This document shows, piece after piece, positions 42,618-56,142 of a stretch of 64,000 bases of DNA. The stretch's first letter is position 1. Each line of letters opens with the position of its first letter. The position numbers and the translations under genes are program-made. A model generated the notes under the pieces. The model was given only the letters and a program-made list of their open reading frames with translations. It ran no database searches and was not told where the DNA came from. Source of the DNA: the human T2T-CHM13v2.0 reference genome, Homo sapiens; the NCBI RefSeq assembly GCF_009914755.1, contig NC_060936.1. The stretch is one strand, 5' to 3'.

Positions 42618-42970
42618 GACACCTTAGACATTTTGAGCTAATATAATAAGATACTATAGGTTGGAGAACTTATAAATATCACAAATCTATTTCTCACAGT
42701 TCTGGACGCTGGAAGTTCGAGATCAAGCATTCTGGAGCATGTTCTCTTCTGTGTTGCAGACTGCTGACTTCTTGTTGTGTCCTCAAATGGGAAAAAGAGG
42801 GCTAGAGAGCTCTCTGGGTTCTCTTCTATCAGGGCACAATCCCTTTCATGAGGGCTCTACCGTCATAACTCCATTGCCTGCAAAAGGCCTTACCTCCTAA
42901 TACCATCACATTGGAGGTTAAGATTTCAATATATGAATTTTGGGTGAACACAAACATTCAGCCCATTGCA
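42618..42970 (-). mobile_element. MLT1A/MST-like MaLR LTR inserted in an antisense L2 (about 42380-43110)
   Basis: ATTTCTCACAGTTCTGGA.GCTGGAAGT...CTCCTAATACCATCACATTGG...ACACAAACATTCAG.CCAT.GCA. Confidence 0.8.
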
Positions 42971-43329
42971 TATGATATTCAAAGTCACGAATTAGCTAAG
43001 CTCACCCAGCAAAAGTGTGTATACAGAGATGTTCAGTATGGAGTAATTCCAGATTTAAAGCTTCAACAGAAGAGAAGGAGCCAGGAAAGGAGTTTAAGAA
43101 GGGAGAGTCCATAGAGATACATGGAAAAGCAAAAGTGTGCAATTTTCTGAATTACTCAGACCTTCATCTCTGCCACTTTACCATGTCCATTCATTTTAAC
43201 ATCACTAATGATGGTTAGGTTGCCAAATCTAAAGGTTTCTTCTCATTTATACTTGATATTGCAGCAACATTTAACAGGGATGACCATACTTACCTTCTGA
43301 AAACACTTTCTTCTTGTAGTATCTGGAAA

Positions 43330-44345
43330 ACAAGATCCCCAGGGAGTGACATTTCTCTCTGAAGGAAGATCCAGAGGTTAAAGATGCTGCTCAGTTCCCT
43401 TAGAAGATAGCCTGCATCCCTATTCCTTGAGTCACTCCCAAGAAGAGAAAGTAACCCCAGAGGTGTTGAACAGATGGCTAAAGTTGTGCAGAATTGGTGA
43501 TGCCTGGCATTTAATTAGAGGCGTTGATCGAGGAATTCCTGTTATAACCTCCAGGGAAGGATTCCCATTCCACAGAAGCAGCATACCCAGGATGCCAATC
43601 CACATCATGGTTCAGGGTCAATAAGAAAGATAGAACTCACACATGCACTGGATGGAACATGGCTTTACCCACATAGAGGAGACAGAACAAGATTAGCTTC
43701 AATAGTGGGTGCCAATCCTTGTGGCTCAGGGGGTTGTATTGCAGCCAATGCACACTGATTAACTACATGCACTCCTCTTGTTCTGCAAGTGAAGGAACCT
43801 ATTTCCTCCCGCAGCTAAGAATGGGTTATGGTGGTAGAGTTGGCCTGGTATCACGTGAAGCAAATGCTTAAATAGAAAGACAAAGTTATTATTGGATCTG
43901 AAACAGGCAAATATATTCCCACACAAAGTTATAATCCCAGCACAGGCTTTGAGGTTCCCTATCTCTTGGTTAGGAAGCATTCCAGGCCCAAAGCCCATTC
44001 TTATGTTGCAGAGCAGAATTGAAAGATTGCAGGCATGTGACTGCCTTTCCCGGCAAGAAAGTTGGAGATAGCACTTCTCAAACCTCTGAATCTTCTTCCC
44101 TATTATGTACCAAGGTAAGGACTTCACTCAGGAACATCCTTGAAGTGTCCTCCTAGCTCCGTGGCTTCCCCATGGATGACTAGCTGAGGATTTTGTGGCT
44201 GCTGTATTGCAGCTCAACTTCTCCCCATGCCCTCTCTTACTTCCTTCCCTTGTCTATGTGAGTTGTTCTAGAAAGCATTGCCCAATAAACCTCCCCCATG
44301 CAAACTCCACCAGAGCCCATTTCCCAGAGAATGAACCTAAGGCAG
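43330..44345 (+). mobile_element. ERVL-class relic ending in an LTR16-like LTR
   Basis: CAGCTCAACTTCTCCC..TGCCC...CCAATAAACCTCC..CATGCAAACTCC...TTCCCAG.GAA...ACCTAAG.CA. Confidence 0.55.
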
Positions 44346-44499
44346 ATTTGATGTGATTGGTTTTCTCATGGAAACCAGTACAAGGAAAGGGAGCCTTCTT
44401 CATTCTCATGATACTGGGCTCATTTTTATACAGAACTGATGAAATAGGATCATGTAGAAGGAGAAAAGCACAAGGAAATAATATATGGAAATATGTCTT

Positions 44500-44735
44500 T
44501 GTTTAGAGTCTTTTTTTTCTGAAGTCAAACTGCCTGGGTGACCATCCCAATTTTACCAACCACAGGTTGTGTGAAATTGGAAAAATTACTTTACCTCCCT
44601 CTGCCTTGGGTTTCTCATGTGGAAATTGGGAACAATGATAGTATTTTCTTCATAAGGTTGCTATGAAGATTAAATTAGTTAATACATGTAAAAGTGCTTA
44701 GCATAGCCTTACATTTAGTAAGTGCTGTGTAAGTA
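44500..44735 (+). mobile_element. MIR
   Basis: GAAGTCAAACTGCCTGGGT...CATAAGGTTGCTATGAAGATTAAAT.AGTTAATACATGTAAAAGTGCTTAG. Confidence 0.85.
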
Positions 44736-44743
44736 TTGTTTCT

Positions 44744-45353
44744 TATATATATATATGTACATATATATGTGTGTATATATATATATATATACGTATATAT
44801 ATATATGCACAACATGCAGGTTTGTTACATATGTATACATGTGCCATTTGGTGTGCTGCACCCATTAACTGGTCATTTACATTAGGTACATCTCGTAATG
44901 CTATCCCTCCCCTGCTCCCCCCACCCCACAACAGGCCCCGGTGTGTGATGTTCCCCTTCCTGTGTCCATGTGTTCTCATTGTTCAATTTCCACCTGTGAG
45001 TGAGAACATGTGGTGTTTGGTTTTTTGTCCTTGCTATAGTTTGCTGAGAATGATGGTTTCCAGCTTCATCCATGTCCCTAAAAAGGACATGAACTCATCA
45101 TTTTTTATGGCTGCATAGTATTCCATGGTGTATATGTGCCACATTTTCTTAATCCAGTCTATCATTGTTGGACATTTGGGTTGGTTCCAAGTCTTTGCTA
45201 TTGTGAGTAGTGCTACAATAAACATATGTGTGCATGTGTCTTTATAGCAGCATGATTTATATTCCTTTGGGTATATACCCAGTAATGGGATGACTGGGTC
45301 AAATGGTATTTCTAGGTCTAGATCCCTGAGGAATCACCACACTGTCTTCCACA
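44744..45353 (-). mobile_element. 5'-truncated L1PA (L1PA4-6-like) with a TA/TG microsatellite in place of its tail
   Basis: Antisense L1PA 3'UTR and ORF2 C-terminus; TSD AGTATTGTTTCT at 44732-44743/45362-45373. Confidence 0.93.
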
Positions 45354-46680
45354 GGAAATACAGTATTGTTTCTATAGTTGAAATCTTGAAGAGTGTTCTA
45401 GATAGTTTAGGCTCTGCAAATAAGTTCAGGCCAAATTCAGCCATCTCTGAGGAGCAGACACTACTAGTGGCAAATGTGTTATATACTATCATTATACTTA
45501 TGTCATACATTTATTTAACATAAGATTTCATTTAATTGCTGACAGTCCTCTCTCTTCTTCCCTTGTTCTATTTTCTATCACATACTGCCAAATTTAAGAG
45601 AATGCATATTTGTTCTATAGCATGCAATGACTAAACAATAAAGGCAGCACTGGAAAATGTCTGTGCCTTAGCATTAGAAAAAAATAGTGTAAATCCTGGC
45701 TCTGCCATGCAACAACTGCATTACATAAGGGTGGGCAAACCACTTAACTGCCCTGGTCTTCATTTTTCTCAGCATAAAATAGATATAAATGCTTTTTCAT
45801 AAGGCTGAGTCTAATACAGTGACTGACACGTATTAAGTGCTATTACTATTATTTTAGATAAGTCTTTCCACTGAGAATTCTTTCAGTCCATGACTTCAAG
45901 GAATTCTTACTCATTGGGTCTTATTTTTACCTTCTGAAAATTTTGCTAATCAAAATCATCAGCAACAGTAGATACTATTTTCATTATTAGTATAATTGCT
46001 AAAATTTATAGAGTACTTACTGTATACCAGAACCTAGTTAGAGATTTGTATGCTTTATAATACCAGACATTAAATCATTTGCATGTTTTAATTTATTTAC
46101 TTTTTACAACAAAGTTATTGAATAGACCATCTCAGTTTCCCATATTGGATTAAGTAATTTTTCTAAGATTATACAGCTTATAGCATACAGATGCTTGGAA
46201 AAATACGTTGGTTGCTTACTTGTAATGTAGTTTCCTTTCATCCTGGATCCTCAGTGGATTCACAATGAAGAATGATACTGTCTTTCAGTGGCCCACACTT
46301 GATTTTCTCCCTTTGATATTTGTGGGTGGTTCTTTCTCTACAACTAATCTCAGCTTATGGCATGTCCAAAAAGCAGGATCATAGGTTTCTATCTCTCCAC
46401 AAATCAAACAATCAACAGCCTGATTCTTAGACAGAATGGTGTAGAGGACAAAATAGTAGTCTAGGTTGTAGGTTCTCATTTATAGTGAGAGTGTATAAAG
46501 AGGACGCAATATCTCTGTAAGCCTCACTTTATCTCATTTGGGAAATAAAATAATTTTTATATAATCAAAGAAGTAAGTGTTCCCAGGGCTAATGTTTTAT
46601 TTTGACTTTATATTTCTCCTTAAGTCCCTTAGCTTATTCTTGATCACCAAACTTCAGGAAATCCTACTTTTATTCTTTTC

Positions 46681-46733
46681 CTCCTACCTCTTCCCCCTCC
46701 TACCTCTTCCCCCTCCTACCTCTTCCCCCTCCT
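46681..46733. repeat. 16-bp tandem repeat (CTCCTACCTCTTCCCC) x about 3.3
   Basis: Three exact units read directly. Confidence 0.9.
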
Positions 46734-47879
46734 CTCCATAGAACAAATAAATTGGGGTCTACTCTATAAGTGCTTTTTATTCACAAGGAGTATGGACCCA
46801 AAATTAACATTTAACACTTACTAGCCATAGTTAATAACTTCTATTTTTATTTCTGTAGAAATATAATGGACAGATGTATATCTGCTTTAATTTTTTTTAA
46901 TTTGCATAAATAACTTTTAATCTAAAATTAATATCACCTGCTAACAAGCTGTTAAATATTCTTTTAAGTTATGGGGCAAATTGTTACTAAAACAAGGGAG
47001 ACAAAATTTAAGCAGAAAATTGAAGAGGATTTTTTATATTGCATTATTCCAACAGGTTTAGCAAAATTCCTTCTGTGACCTGACTTGACCTAGAATTATC
47101 AGCACTTCATTTACCACCACTGAGTTGTCTTTACTAAAATTCTCTGCCAGGAGCATGTTTCCCTTGAAGAATAATTCGTTCTTGAGGGAGTTTTTTCCTT
47201 TAATTGTACAAACTCTTTTCATCTATCTCTATTCCCATGACACATCCTACAAATGTAAATTTCATAGTGTCGTATTTTGCATCAAGTAACAAAAGCAGTA
47301 TTAATGGAAATTATTAAAGAAAGTACATCTATTCAGTAAATATGAATTGAATACCTATTAAGAGCGAATCATTCTGCTGGTTACAAGTGATACAAACATG
47401 CAAAAGGCGTTATCACTGAGGAGCTCATGAACTATTAGGAGAGTTAAATACACAAAGAGGCTTGTTTTTCATTGAAACCAGATAACTCCAGAGTGACACT
47501 AGGTTCAGAGTTCTGAGAAGGATGAAGAAAGGGAGCTTGGTATAGCATAAGCAGATTGGGGCCAAGAAATTCTTCTAGAAAATTATTAATGCTAAGCTGT
47601 TGAAAACAAGAGAGAAAGAAACAAAGGTAAACATTAAGAGGGAAAGAAGGAGAGAAAAAGGACAGAGACAGTGAGGGAGAGAGAGATAGAGAGAGAGAGA
47701 TCTAATATATTGCGTGAGGAGAAACTAGTTAACATAGTCCAAACAGGACTTTAGCAACATCATAGGTCATAAAATTTAAACTAACAAAAATAACTCTTGT
47801 TATCATTACTATTTGGTACTACGAAAAGAAAACAATTATGTCTTTCAGTTGATGGTTTTCAGTAACATGATTATAGTTA

Positions 47880-48110
47880 ACCTCAACCTCAAACTCCTGG
47901 GCTCAAGGGATCCTCCTACGTCAGACTCCCAAGCTGCTAGGACTAAAGGTGCATGCCACCATGCTCAGCTATTTTTTTTTTTTAATATTTTGTAGAGATG
48001 GGGTCTTGCTATGTTTCCCAGGCTGGTCTTGAGCCCCTGGCCTCAAGTGATTCTTCCACCTTGGCTTCTCAAAGTGCTGGGATTAACTGGCATAAGCCAC
48101 TGCACCCAGC
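47880..48110 (-). mobile_element. AluJ lacking its 3' end and tail
   Basis: CTCCTGGGCTCAAG.GATCCTCC...GGGTCTTGCTATGTT.CCCAGGCTGGTC...GCCACTGCACCCAGC. Confidence 0.88.
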
Positions 48111-48243
48111 ATTGTTGTGACCATTAATATGATTAGGAATAATTCTATTTGTTTCTATATGTCTTGTCTGTTTTTTGCTATTGATTTTTCTGCCACTTTT
48201 TGTATTAAATACATTTTATAATCTATTTTATCTCCTTTGATGT

Positions 48244-48510
<267 letters not shown>

Positions 48511-50214
48511 CCTTGATGGCTTTTTAACTTTTTGTTTTGTTACTACAGTGGTTATTTAAGTATTTTATATCTTTAACTTACCATAATCTGCATTCAGTGA
48601 TATTATAACATTTGATGTATTACAGAATATAGGAATCTTAAAATAGTATGCTTTCATATTTTTCCTTTCATAAGTTTTACTTTTATTTACAATATAAATA
48701 CTATACTATACTGTTATTGTTTATGTTTAAGCAATGAGCCCTCTGAAAACATCTTTATATTAAAAAAAGTGCTCAATATTTCAGGGATGAAGTAATAAAA
48801 GAATGAATGAAAAGACAACATTTTAATTTTTAAATTAATATTGTTTTTGTGCTCTTCCTCTTAGTATTCTGAAGAATTTGATAGACACATTTTGAACATA
48901 TTAAATGCAAATACAAGAACTATTTTGATATACTTTTTGTTAGTTATTTCATCAATGTCAGTTTTGGGACAGTTTTGAGTGATTTTTTTTCTCCTCAATA
49001 TGGGTCATATTATCTGCTCCTTTTGCATTATCTGATAAACCCTAATTAGATGCCAGGCATTGTGAAGTTACCTTGTTGGATGCTGAATAGTTCTGTATTT
49101 CTAAATGTGTACTTTTGAGCTTTGTCCTGGGATGCAGTTGAGTTACATGGTAAGAGTTTGATCCTTTGGGTTTTTTAATCTTTGTTTGGTGAGATGAGAG
49201 GAGCATTTAACTGAGGCATAATTATTCCTCATTCCTGAGGCTAACCACTTCTTATATTCTAACCAAAAGCTGTAAATTATGACATTTTCCATGATGCCTT
49301 TTTGGACCATCCACTGTTCCCAGATCTGTATGCTCCCTGGGTACTATTTTCTCTAATTCATTTGATGGTGTCTTCCCCTACTTAGGATAGCATCCTCAAA
49401 TGCATACACTGATTAGAGTTTGCTGATTTTTTGACTGGACTCTCTATAGATCTATAGAATTGTCTCTCTGTTATGTTTACTTCTTTTCAGTCCTGTCAAC
49501 TGCAGCTTCCAGGGTCTACCCTGTCTCTTAGCTTGTCTCTTCAACAAGTCTGCTTAGTGCTGTCTGGGTTCCCTCTCCCTGAGCCATTCCCTAGAAATTC
49601 TTCAAAGCAGTAATCTGGGGCAACTGTAGGGCTCCCTTCAATTATCCTATCTTGTGATGTTCTGATATAGTGGTGTCATCTAATATGCCATAATTTTACT
49701 TTTTATTCAATAATGTAACTTTTAGTTCTTTCCATGTTGGTATATGTGGAACTAGCTCATTTTTAAGTCTCTGCATACTTTTGCATAATTTGAACATAAT
49801 ATAGTTAATTTTTCTATTTTTTTGATAAACAATCTGATTTTCCCCAATACTTTACTATTGTAAATTAGATATGGTGAATACTTATACATGTTACCTTTAC
49901 ATCTGTATGTATGTGAATGTATATGTGTGTATCCAATTATTTCTCTAGGATAGATAATAATGAGTGACATTCAAATTTTATACAGTTGAATCATCCTTCA
50001 TGGAGGTTGTGCCAATTACACTATCCCAAAAGAATATAGAGGCACCATTACCTCACAGATTCATCCCCAATTGATATAAAAAAGGATTAAAACTTCAGTT
50101 AAACTTAGGCAAAAAAATTTGTCTTTCCTCTTTTTCTCTACAAGAAAACATCTGTTTATACAGTTGCTCATTTTCAATTGAGATGTTTGTTTCCTTACTA
50201 TTTACAAAAGGTTA

Positions 50215-50278
50215 CATGCATACACATATATATACCCATTCACACATATATATGTGTGTGTACGTATGTGTGTGTATG

Positions 50279-50326
<48 letters not shown>

Positions 50327-50475
50327 TGCACACACACACATATATATGTGTATGGGTATATATATATACACACACACACATATACGTGTATGGGTATATA
50401 TATATATACACACACACACATATATATACACATATATGTATACACACACTGTATATGCATATACAGATATATACA
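50215..50475. repeat. Compound TA/CA/TG microsatellite with higher-order units
   Basis: Alternating purine-pyrimidine tract punctuated by GTGTATGGG. Confidence 0.92.
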
Positions 50476-50772
50476 GAAACAAGATATAAAATAATTTTAA
50501 ATTATGTAATATCTCTATATTGCTAAAAATGTGTGTGAAAATTATTAAATCCCACAAAAATTTTCATTCAGGGTTTCACTTTTTGTGTCTGATGTAAGAA
50601 GATTTTTCTCACTTGAGTTCATAAACATATAAAGATATTTTCTTCTTATATTATTTATGTTTAAAATTATAGTTTAAATTTTGGATACACCATAATTCAT
50701 TTTTGTGAAAAGTGTGAGTTAGTATTCAATTTTTTTTTCAACGTATAGGCAATTGACTCAATGCAATTAATT

Positions 50773-51040
50773 GAGGCCAAAGTGGGCAGATCACTTGAGG
50801 TCAGGAGTTTGAGACCAGTCTGGCCAACATAGTGAAACCCTGTCTCTACTAAGAATACAAAAATTAGCTAGGTGTGGTGGCGTGCACCTGTAGTCCCAGC
50901 TTCTTGGGAGGCTGAGGCAGGAGAATTGCTTGAACCTGGGAGGCAGAGGTTGGGTGAGCCGAGATCACGCCACTGCACTCCAGTGAGACTCTGAGATTCT
51001 GTCTCAAAAAAAAAAAAAAAAAAGAAAAAAAGAAAGAAAG
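50773..51040 (+). mobile_element. 5'-truncated AluS SINE
   Basis: Starts GAGGCCAA.GTGGGCAGATCACTTGAGGTCAGG; A/GAAA tail. Confidence 0.92.
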
Positions 51041-53562
51041 AAATTGAATAAGTCATCCTTTTCCCACTGATGTGAAATGTTCCCTTTATGTACTATCATA
51101 ATAGACACAGCCATAGTTTTTGAAGGTTTTTATTTATGTTCTCTCAGTTTATTCTAGCTGTGGTCTGTGAAGTAAGCTCGGTAGGTAGTATTAGTTCCTC
51201 CCTTTTTTTGTGTGAAGAAACTGAGACTTGGAATTTTTACTCAAGATGAAGAAGCTCTCAAGAAATTGAGCAAATATTAAAACTCCAGGCTTTGGACTTA
51301 AAAATCTTATGCCAGTTTCTTTATCTCCAGAGTCCCACCCAGTTTGTTTCTCTCAACTCTTGATTCAATGTGACTTTTAAACAGCTTCAAGATATAGACA
51401 GAGCAGTTCTACTTCCTCTGCTGAAAGTAACTAATCTCAGATAAATTTTGATCTCAGATAACTCACACACTTGGCAATGTGTCAAAAACCCCAAATTACT
51501 CTTTGGATTCCACTCCTCAATTTTTAGGGGGTGGGGACACAGGCGTAAATCAATTTGCTCAATTCTCAGGATTATACACACAAATTAGATAAGTATAACT
51601 TGGGCTTATTTTATGCACGTTGTAGATTCCTTTTCTGTGCAGGTTTATGGATCTTGAAAGATACAGCTGAAAGAAGTTGCAAGAAAGAACAAATCCATTT
51701 AAATGCCTCTTAAGAACACAGTCCCAAAAGCTTTTTATCCTTAATGAAAGTGCACCTGTAAATGACTGTGCATCACCATCCATTTTCACCCACATGTGGC
51801 TGATGAGTAACTGAAATGGGGGTTGATTAAAAAATAAAAGCAAAGCAATTATAAGGACTGAGACACAAAGATCAACAGCCATTATCAGTCAGAGGAAATG
51901 GTGTGCTCAAAGAGTTTTACTTTTCAACTAGTTTCAATCTACTTTAGGCTATGAAATGATAATCCCTGCTTATTTTTTTTTTCCAGCAAATGCGAACAAT
52001 GTCACTTCTGTTTACAGACGAGTAGGTTTCAATCTTGAAATGTTTATTCTCTGCCTCTATTATAGAAAGAAAAAGATTTTCTTAGCTTGCCTCTGGGAAA
52101 GCAATATTGTCTGCATTTGTATTTTGAACTACACTAAGGGAAGAAGCATTGAAATGGGGAATTACTCTACGTGTCTGATTGAATTGAAGCTCTGAGAGAC
52201 CACAAAGCAGGTTTCATGGTAATAATAATAATGAAAAAAAGCAAGCAAGCAAGCAAAAGAGATTATATACTTCTCCAATGTGGGAAAAAGGTAACATACA
52301 GGACGTAAAATGTATGGACAAATTGTCAACATCACTTGGTACTTTTCTACTTCAATCACTATTCTTAAGGACAATCTTAAGGACAGGCATCTTGATATTG
52401 ATAAAAACAGAATTCTGGCAAACAAATAGACCAAGCTTGAGTTTTCTTAGCTTGCAAAAGTGAGTCTATGGTTAAATAGTTTCACATTTGTCAGAATCTA
52501 GCCAGATTATTTGCTTAAATGCTTTTTATAGGTGGATTTTGGGTAGTATGGAATGTGTGTTTGCAAAAGGAAATAATATTTAATAGTTTATATTTTTATT
52601 AACTATTTCATACTCATTTTTAAATATTGTTAAGCTATAAGGGAAATAAAATTAAATGTATGATATTGCCTTTCAGAAATGTTGTGTATATTATGACAAA
52701 ATTATTTTAAGTCAGTTTTTAACACTGAGTTTCTTGGTATTCTATAGTCAGAACAAGCTGTGTACAATGATACACCTGGTTCGTTTTACTTCATTTTATG
52801 ATATACACATTCAGTATAACTTTTTGCAAACTACTTTTTATAAATATGCAAAACTTTTCAATGGCATTGTAGTTTCTATCAAGAGGTTCTGCTGTAATTT
52901 ATTGAGTCCTCATATGGGGAAATTTAGTTATTTTTAAGTATATCTTAAAATTATAAATAGTCCTACAGTAAACTTATCTATTAATTAAAACATAAAGCAT
53001 AAGAGATAAAATTACTGGCAAGAGGGCATCGTTAAGGTCCTTGATAAAAAAAAAAGTGGCCATTGATTTTCATTACATTTGCTACAGCAGTGGTGGAATC
53101 CACCATGGTCTTGTTCATGTAACAAGCATAGAACAGTTTTCCAGTTTAGCCCAGACGCCTACTCTCGTGCATACTCAGAAGACTCCATTACTAAAGAAAT
53201 ACAGTGATAGGAGGGCTGATGCTTTGGTCTTTCAAACTAATGGGGAAAAATGATAACAGTAATCACAGTATGGGAAGCCAAAATTTTAACTTTCCAAGAC
53301 TCATGCTTTTTCAGAGAAGAAAATAACCTAAAACAAAATAAAAACTCAAACACTACAACAATATGTAGTTTACACATACATTGCATCAGTTGCATGGGCA
53401 TATGTATATATAGTCTAGGATACATGCCATCTCCCTCTTTCTCTCTCTCTCACACACCTTTGCCCCCTGCCCCTTGTGTTCTATGTCCTTTACTAATTAT
53501 TATTTACATTCTATATGTTTCAATCCAATTTAAATTTTAGTATTAATCTTATTTTAATTTTA

Positions 53563-54319
53563 TTTTTATTATTATTTTTTTCTTTTTTTCTTTTTTTATT
53601 ATTATTATACTTTAAGTTTTAGGGTACATGTGCACAATGTGCAGGTTGGTTACATCTGTATACATGTGCCATGCTGGTGTGCTGCACCCATTAACTCGTC
53701 ATTTAGCATTAGGTATATCTCCTAATGCTATCCCTCCCCCCTCCCCCCACCCCACAACAGTCCCCAGAGTGTGATGTTCCCCTTCCTGTGTCCATGTGTT
53801 CTCATTGTTCAGTTCCCATCTATGAGTGAGAACATGCGGTGTTTGGTTTTTTGTCCTTGCGATAGTTTGCTGAGAATGATGATTTCCAATTTCATCCATG
53901 TCCCTACAAAGGACGTGAACTCATCATTTTTTATGGCTGCATAGTATTCTATGGTGTATATGTGCCACATTTTCTTAATACAGTCTATCATTGTTGGATA
54001 TTTGGGTTGGTTCCAAGTCTTTGCTATTGTGAATAGTGCCACAATAAACATACGTGTGCATGTGTCTTTATAGCGGCATGATTTATAGTCCTTTGGGTAT
54101 ATACCCAGTAATGGGATGGCTGAGTCAAATGGTATTTCTAGCTCTAGATCCCTGAGGAATCGCCACACTGTCTTCCACAATGGTTGAACTAGTTTACAGT
54201 CCCACCAACAGTGTAAAAGTGTTCCTATTTCTCCACATCCTCTCCAGCACCTGTTGTTTCCTGACTTTTTAATGATTGCCATTCTAACTGGTGTGAGATG
54301 GTATCTCATTGTGGTTTTC
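53563..54319 (-). mobile_element. 5'-truncated L1PA3/4-like element
   Basis: GAG-type 3'UTR diagnostic (TTAACTCGTCATTTAGC on +); open ORF2 C-terminus 53809-54321; 17-bp TSD ATCTTATTTTAATTTTA at 53546-53562/54320-54336. Confidence 0.96.
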
Positions 54320-55329
54320 ATCTTATTTTAATTTTAAATTTAGTTTTGCTCCAGAAAAGAATGAGAGATTCTTTTCACAGGAAGATTTTTTTATTTGTGA
54401 GGGGCAGTCTTAGAGAGAACTCCATCCTCCCAAGAGTAATGGAAATAATTTCAGAGTAAAAAACATGCGATATAAAACACTTCATCATAGTACTCATCTG
54501 GTAATTAATCAGGACCTATTATTGACTTTAATAGCATTCTTTAAAATGAATAACTGGTATCAAGACAGCATGTAGATGCACCCCAAAGTGCAAAAATAAG
54601 AATTCATTTAATAACAAATTTCCATGAACATTTCCTCCCGAATTGCTAAAGGTGGGGACAGCATTTCCATTTGTGATTTACAATTCTGCTACATTGTGAG
54701 TGTTCAACCAGCAGAAAATTATAATTGTCAGGATGAAAATCCTCTTTATTACAATTATGTGATGTAAATGTAAGTGGCTTGGGTTTTTTAAAAAAATGTT
54801 TATATCCACAAAACTTCTCATGAATCTAAATATAATTCTATTTTTTCAAAATGGAATGTTTTATATATCTCCATACAATGAAGTTTCATTCATTTAAGCC
54901 ATACAAATTTGTTTAAACACTAAATGATCTTTATTTCACCTACATAGATATTTTAAAAAAGCCTAAATACTAAATATTGGGGAATTGGATATATGTCATT
55001 CTAAAAATTAATTGTTTTTGGTAAACTATTTTTAGCATGGTGATTACTGACTTCAATTTTTTTGTAGAAAATAAATTTTCATTTGAAAATACAACAAAAT
55101 CTAAAGTTTAAGAGACTAGTTTGTTGAAATATCACTTACTGATCTTTATTATTTCAACAATGGTAAGAAACCCAGGGTGGCAGGACTTATGTGAAATATA
55201 TAGAAGTTAGAGAATTTAGCTCCTCACTTAGAAAGTGTTCCAGAGAGCTGCTTCTGTCTTTATTAGTAATTAACCCTTAAAAAATCCTTCAGGTTTCTTC
55301 ACTGTGAATGGTGTGACGTTGAGCAGATT

Positions 55330-56028
55330 TGACAATCAATACGTCCTAAACTGAAAGTTAGTGCTCCTTATCCACTAAGTTGGCTTCTTCTCCATTGTTC
55401 CCGCTCTCAGTCAGCACTCTACACCTGACTGCTCTTGTCTGCAATTTTACAGATATTCCAGGCACCTCTATTTCTCCTTCTTTCTACAGCTAAATGCCAT
55501 TCTTCCTATTTTTCCTTTCCACAAAGCATTCACATCCATCTACTCCTCTTTATCCTCCAAATCATTCTTCTTGATCAGGACATCTGAATTACTGCAAGCC
55601 GCCTGGCTCCAATATTGACTTTTCTCTCTCCTATTTATAAAATGCAATCAGAGCTATTCCTCTAACATGCAAACATGATCATGTCTTCCTGCTTGCAACC
55701 ATTTAGCAGTTAATTGCAGCTATGAAAATAATATTCAAACTTCTTCACATGGATCATAAAATGCTTCATAATCACTTTCTACCCTGAATGCAACCTCATC
55801 GCTGAATTTCACATAGCCACCACCTGCTGATGTCACTTCCTACACAAGCACCTGGGCTCACCCAACTCTTCCAGCTATTCTGAAATTTCACCTTCAAGAA
55901 TCACACAAACTTTCATATCACTAGATATTTTCACATACTTTTATCTGCAAGAAAAAATTTACTTGTCTTTCCAGAAAAATTCTTATTTCTTATCTTTGAC
56001 TATCTAATTTTCACTTATCCTTTAGGCT
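55330..56028 (+). mobile_element. L2 relic, 5' part (continues at about 62460-62720)
   Basis: ACTGCAA...CCTGGCTCC...CATGATCATGTC..CCTGCTT; distal part ends AAGTGCTT....GTTGAATGA. Confidence 0.55.
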
Positions 56029-56132
56029 AGTGGATTTCAAAATATTATTGGTCATGACTCATCTTGGAAAATACATTTTACATCAAAACTCAGATCCCTC
56101 TAAGACACACACAAATATAACTGGAAAAAGTA
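56029..56132. mobile_element. MER103C-like hAT element split by the L1 (continues at 62350-62459)
   Basis: GAAAATACATTTTACATC...ACACACA.ATATAACTG | TGAAACAATACTTAC...GTGCAATGCA...TTTGAAAACA. Confidence 0.65.
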
Positions 56133-56142
56133 GATATATACT

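Noticed and set aside
50178-50557. Six overlapping Y/I/H/T/C/V-rich ORFs
   Set aside because: Artefact of a stop-poor dinucleotide microsatellite.
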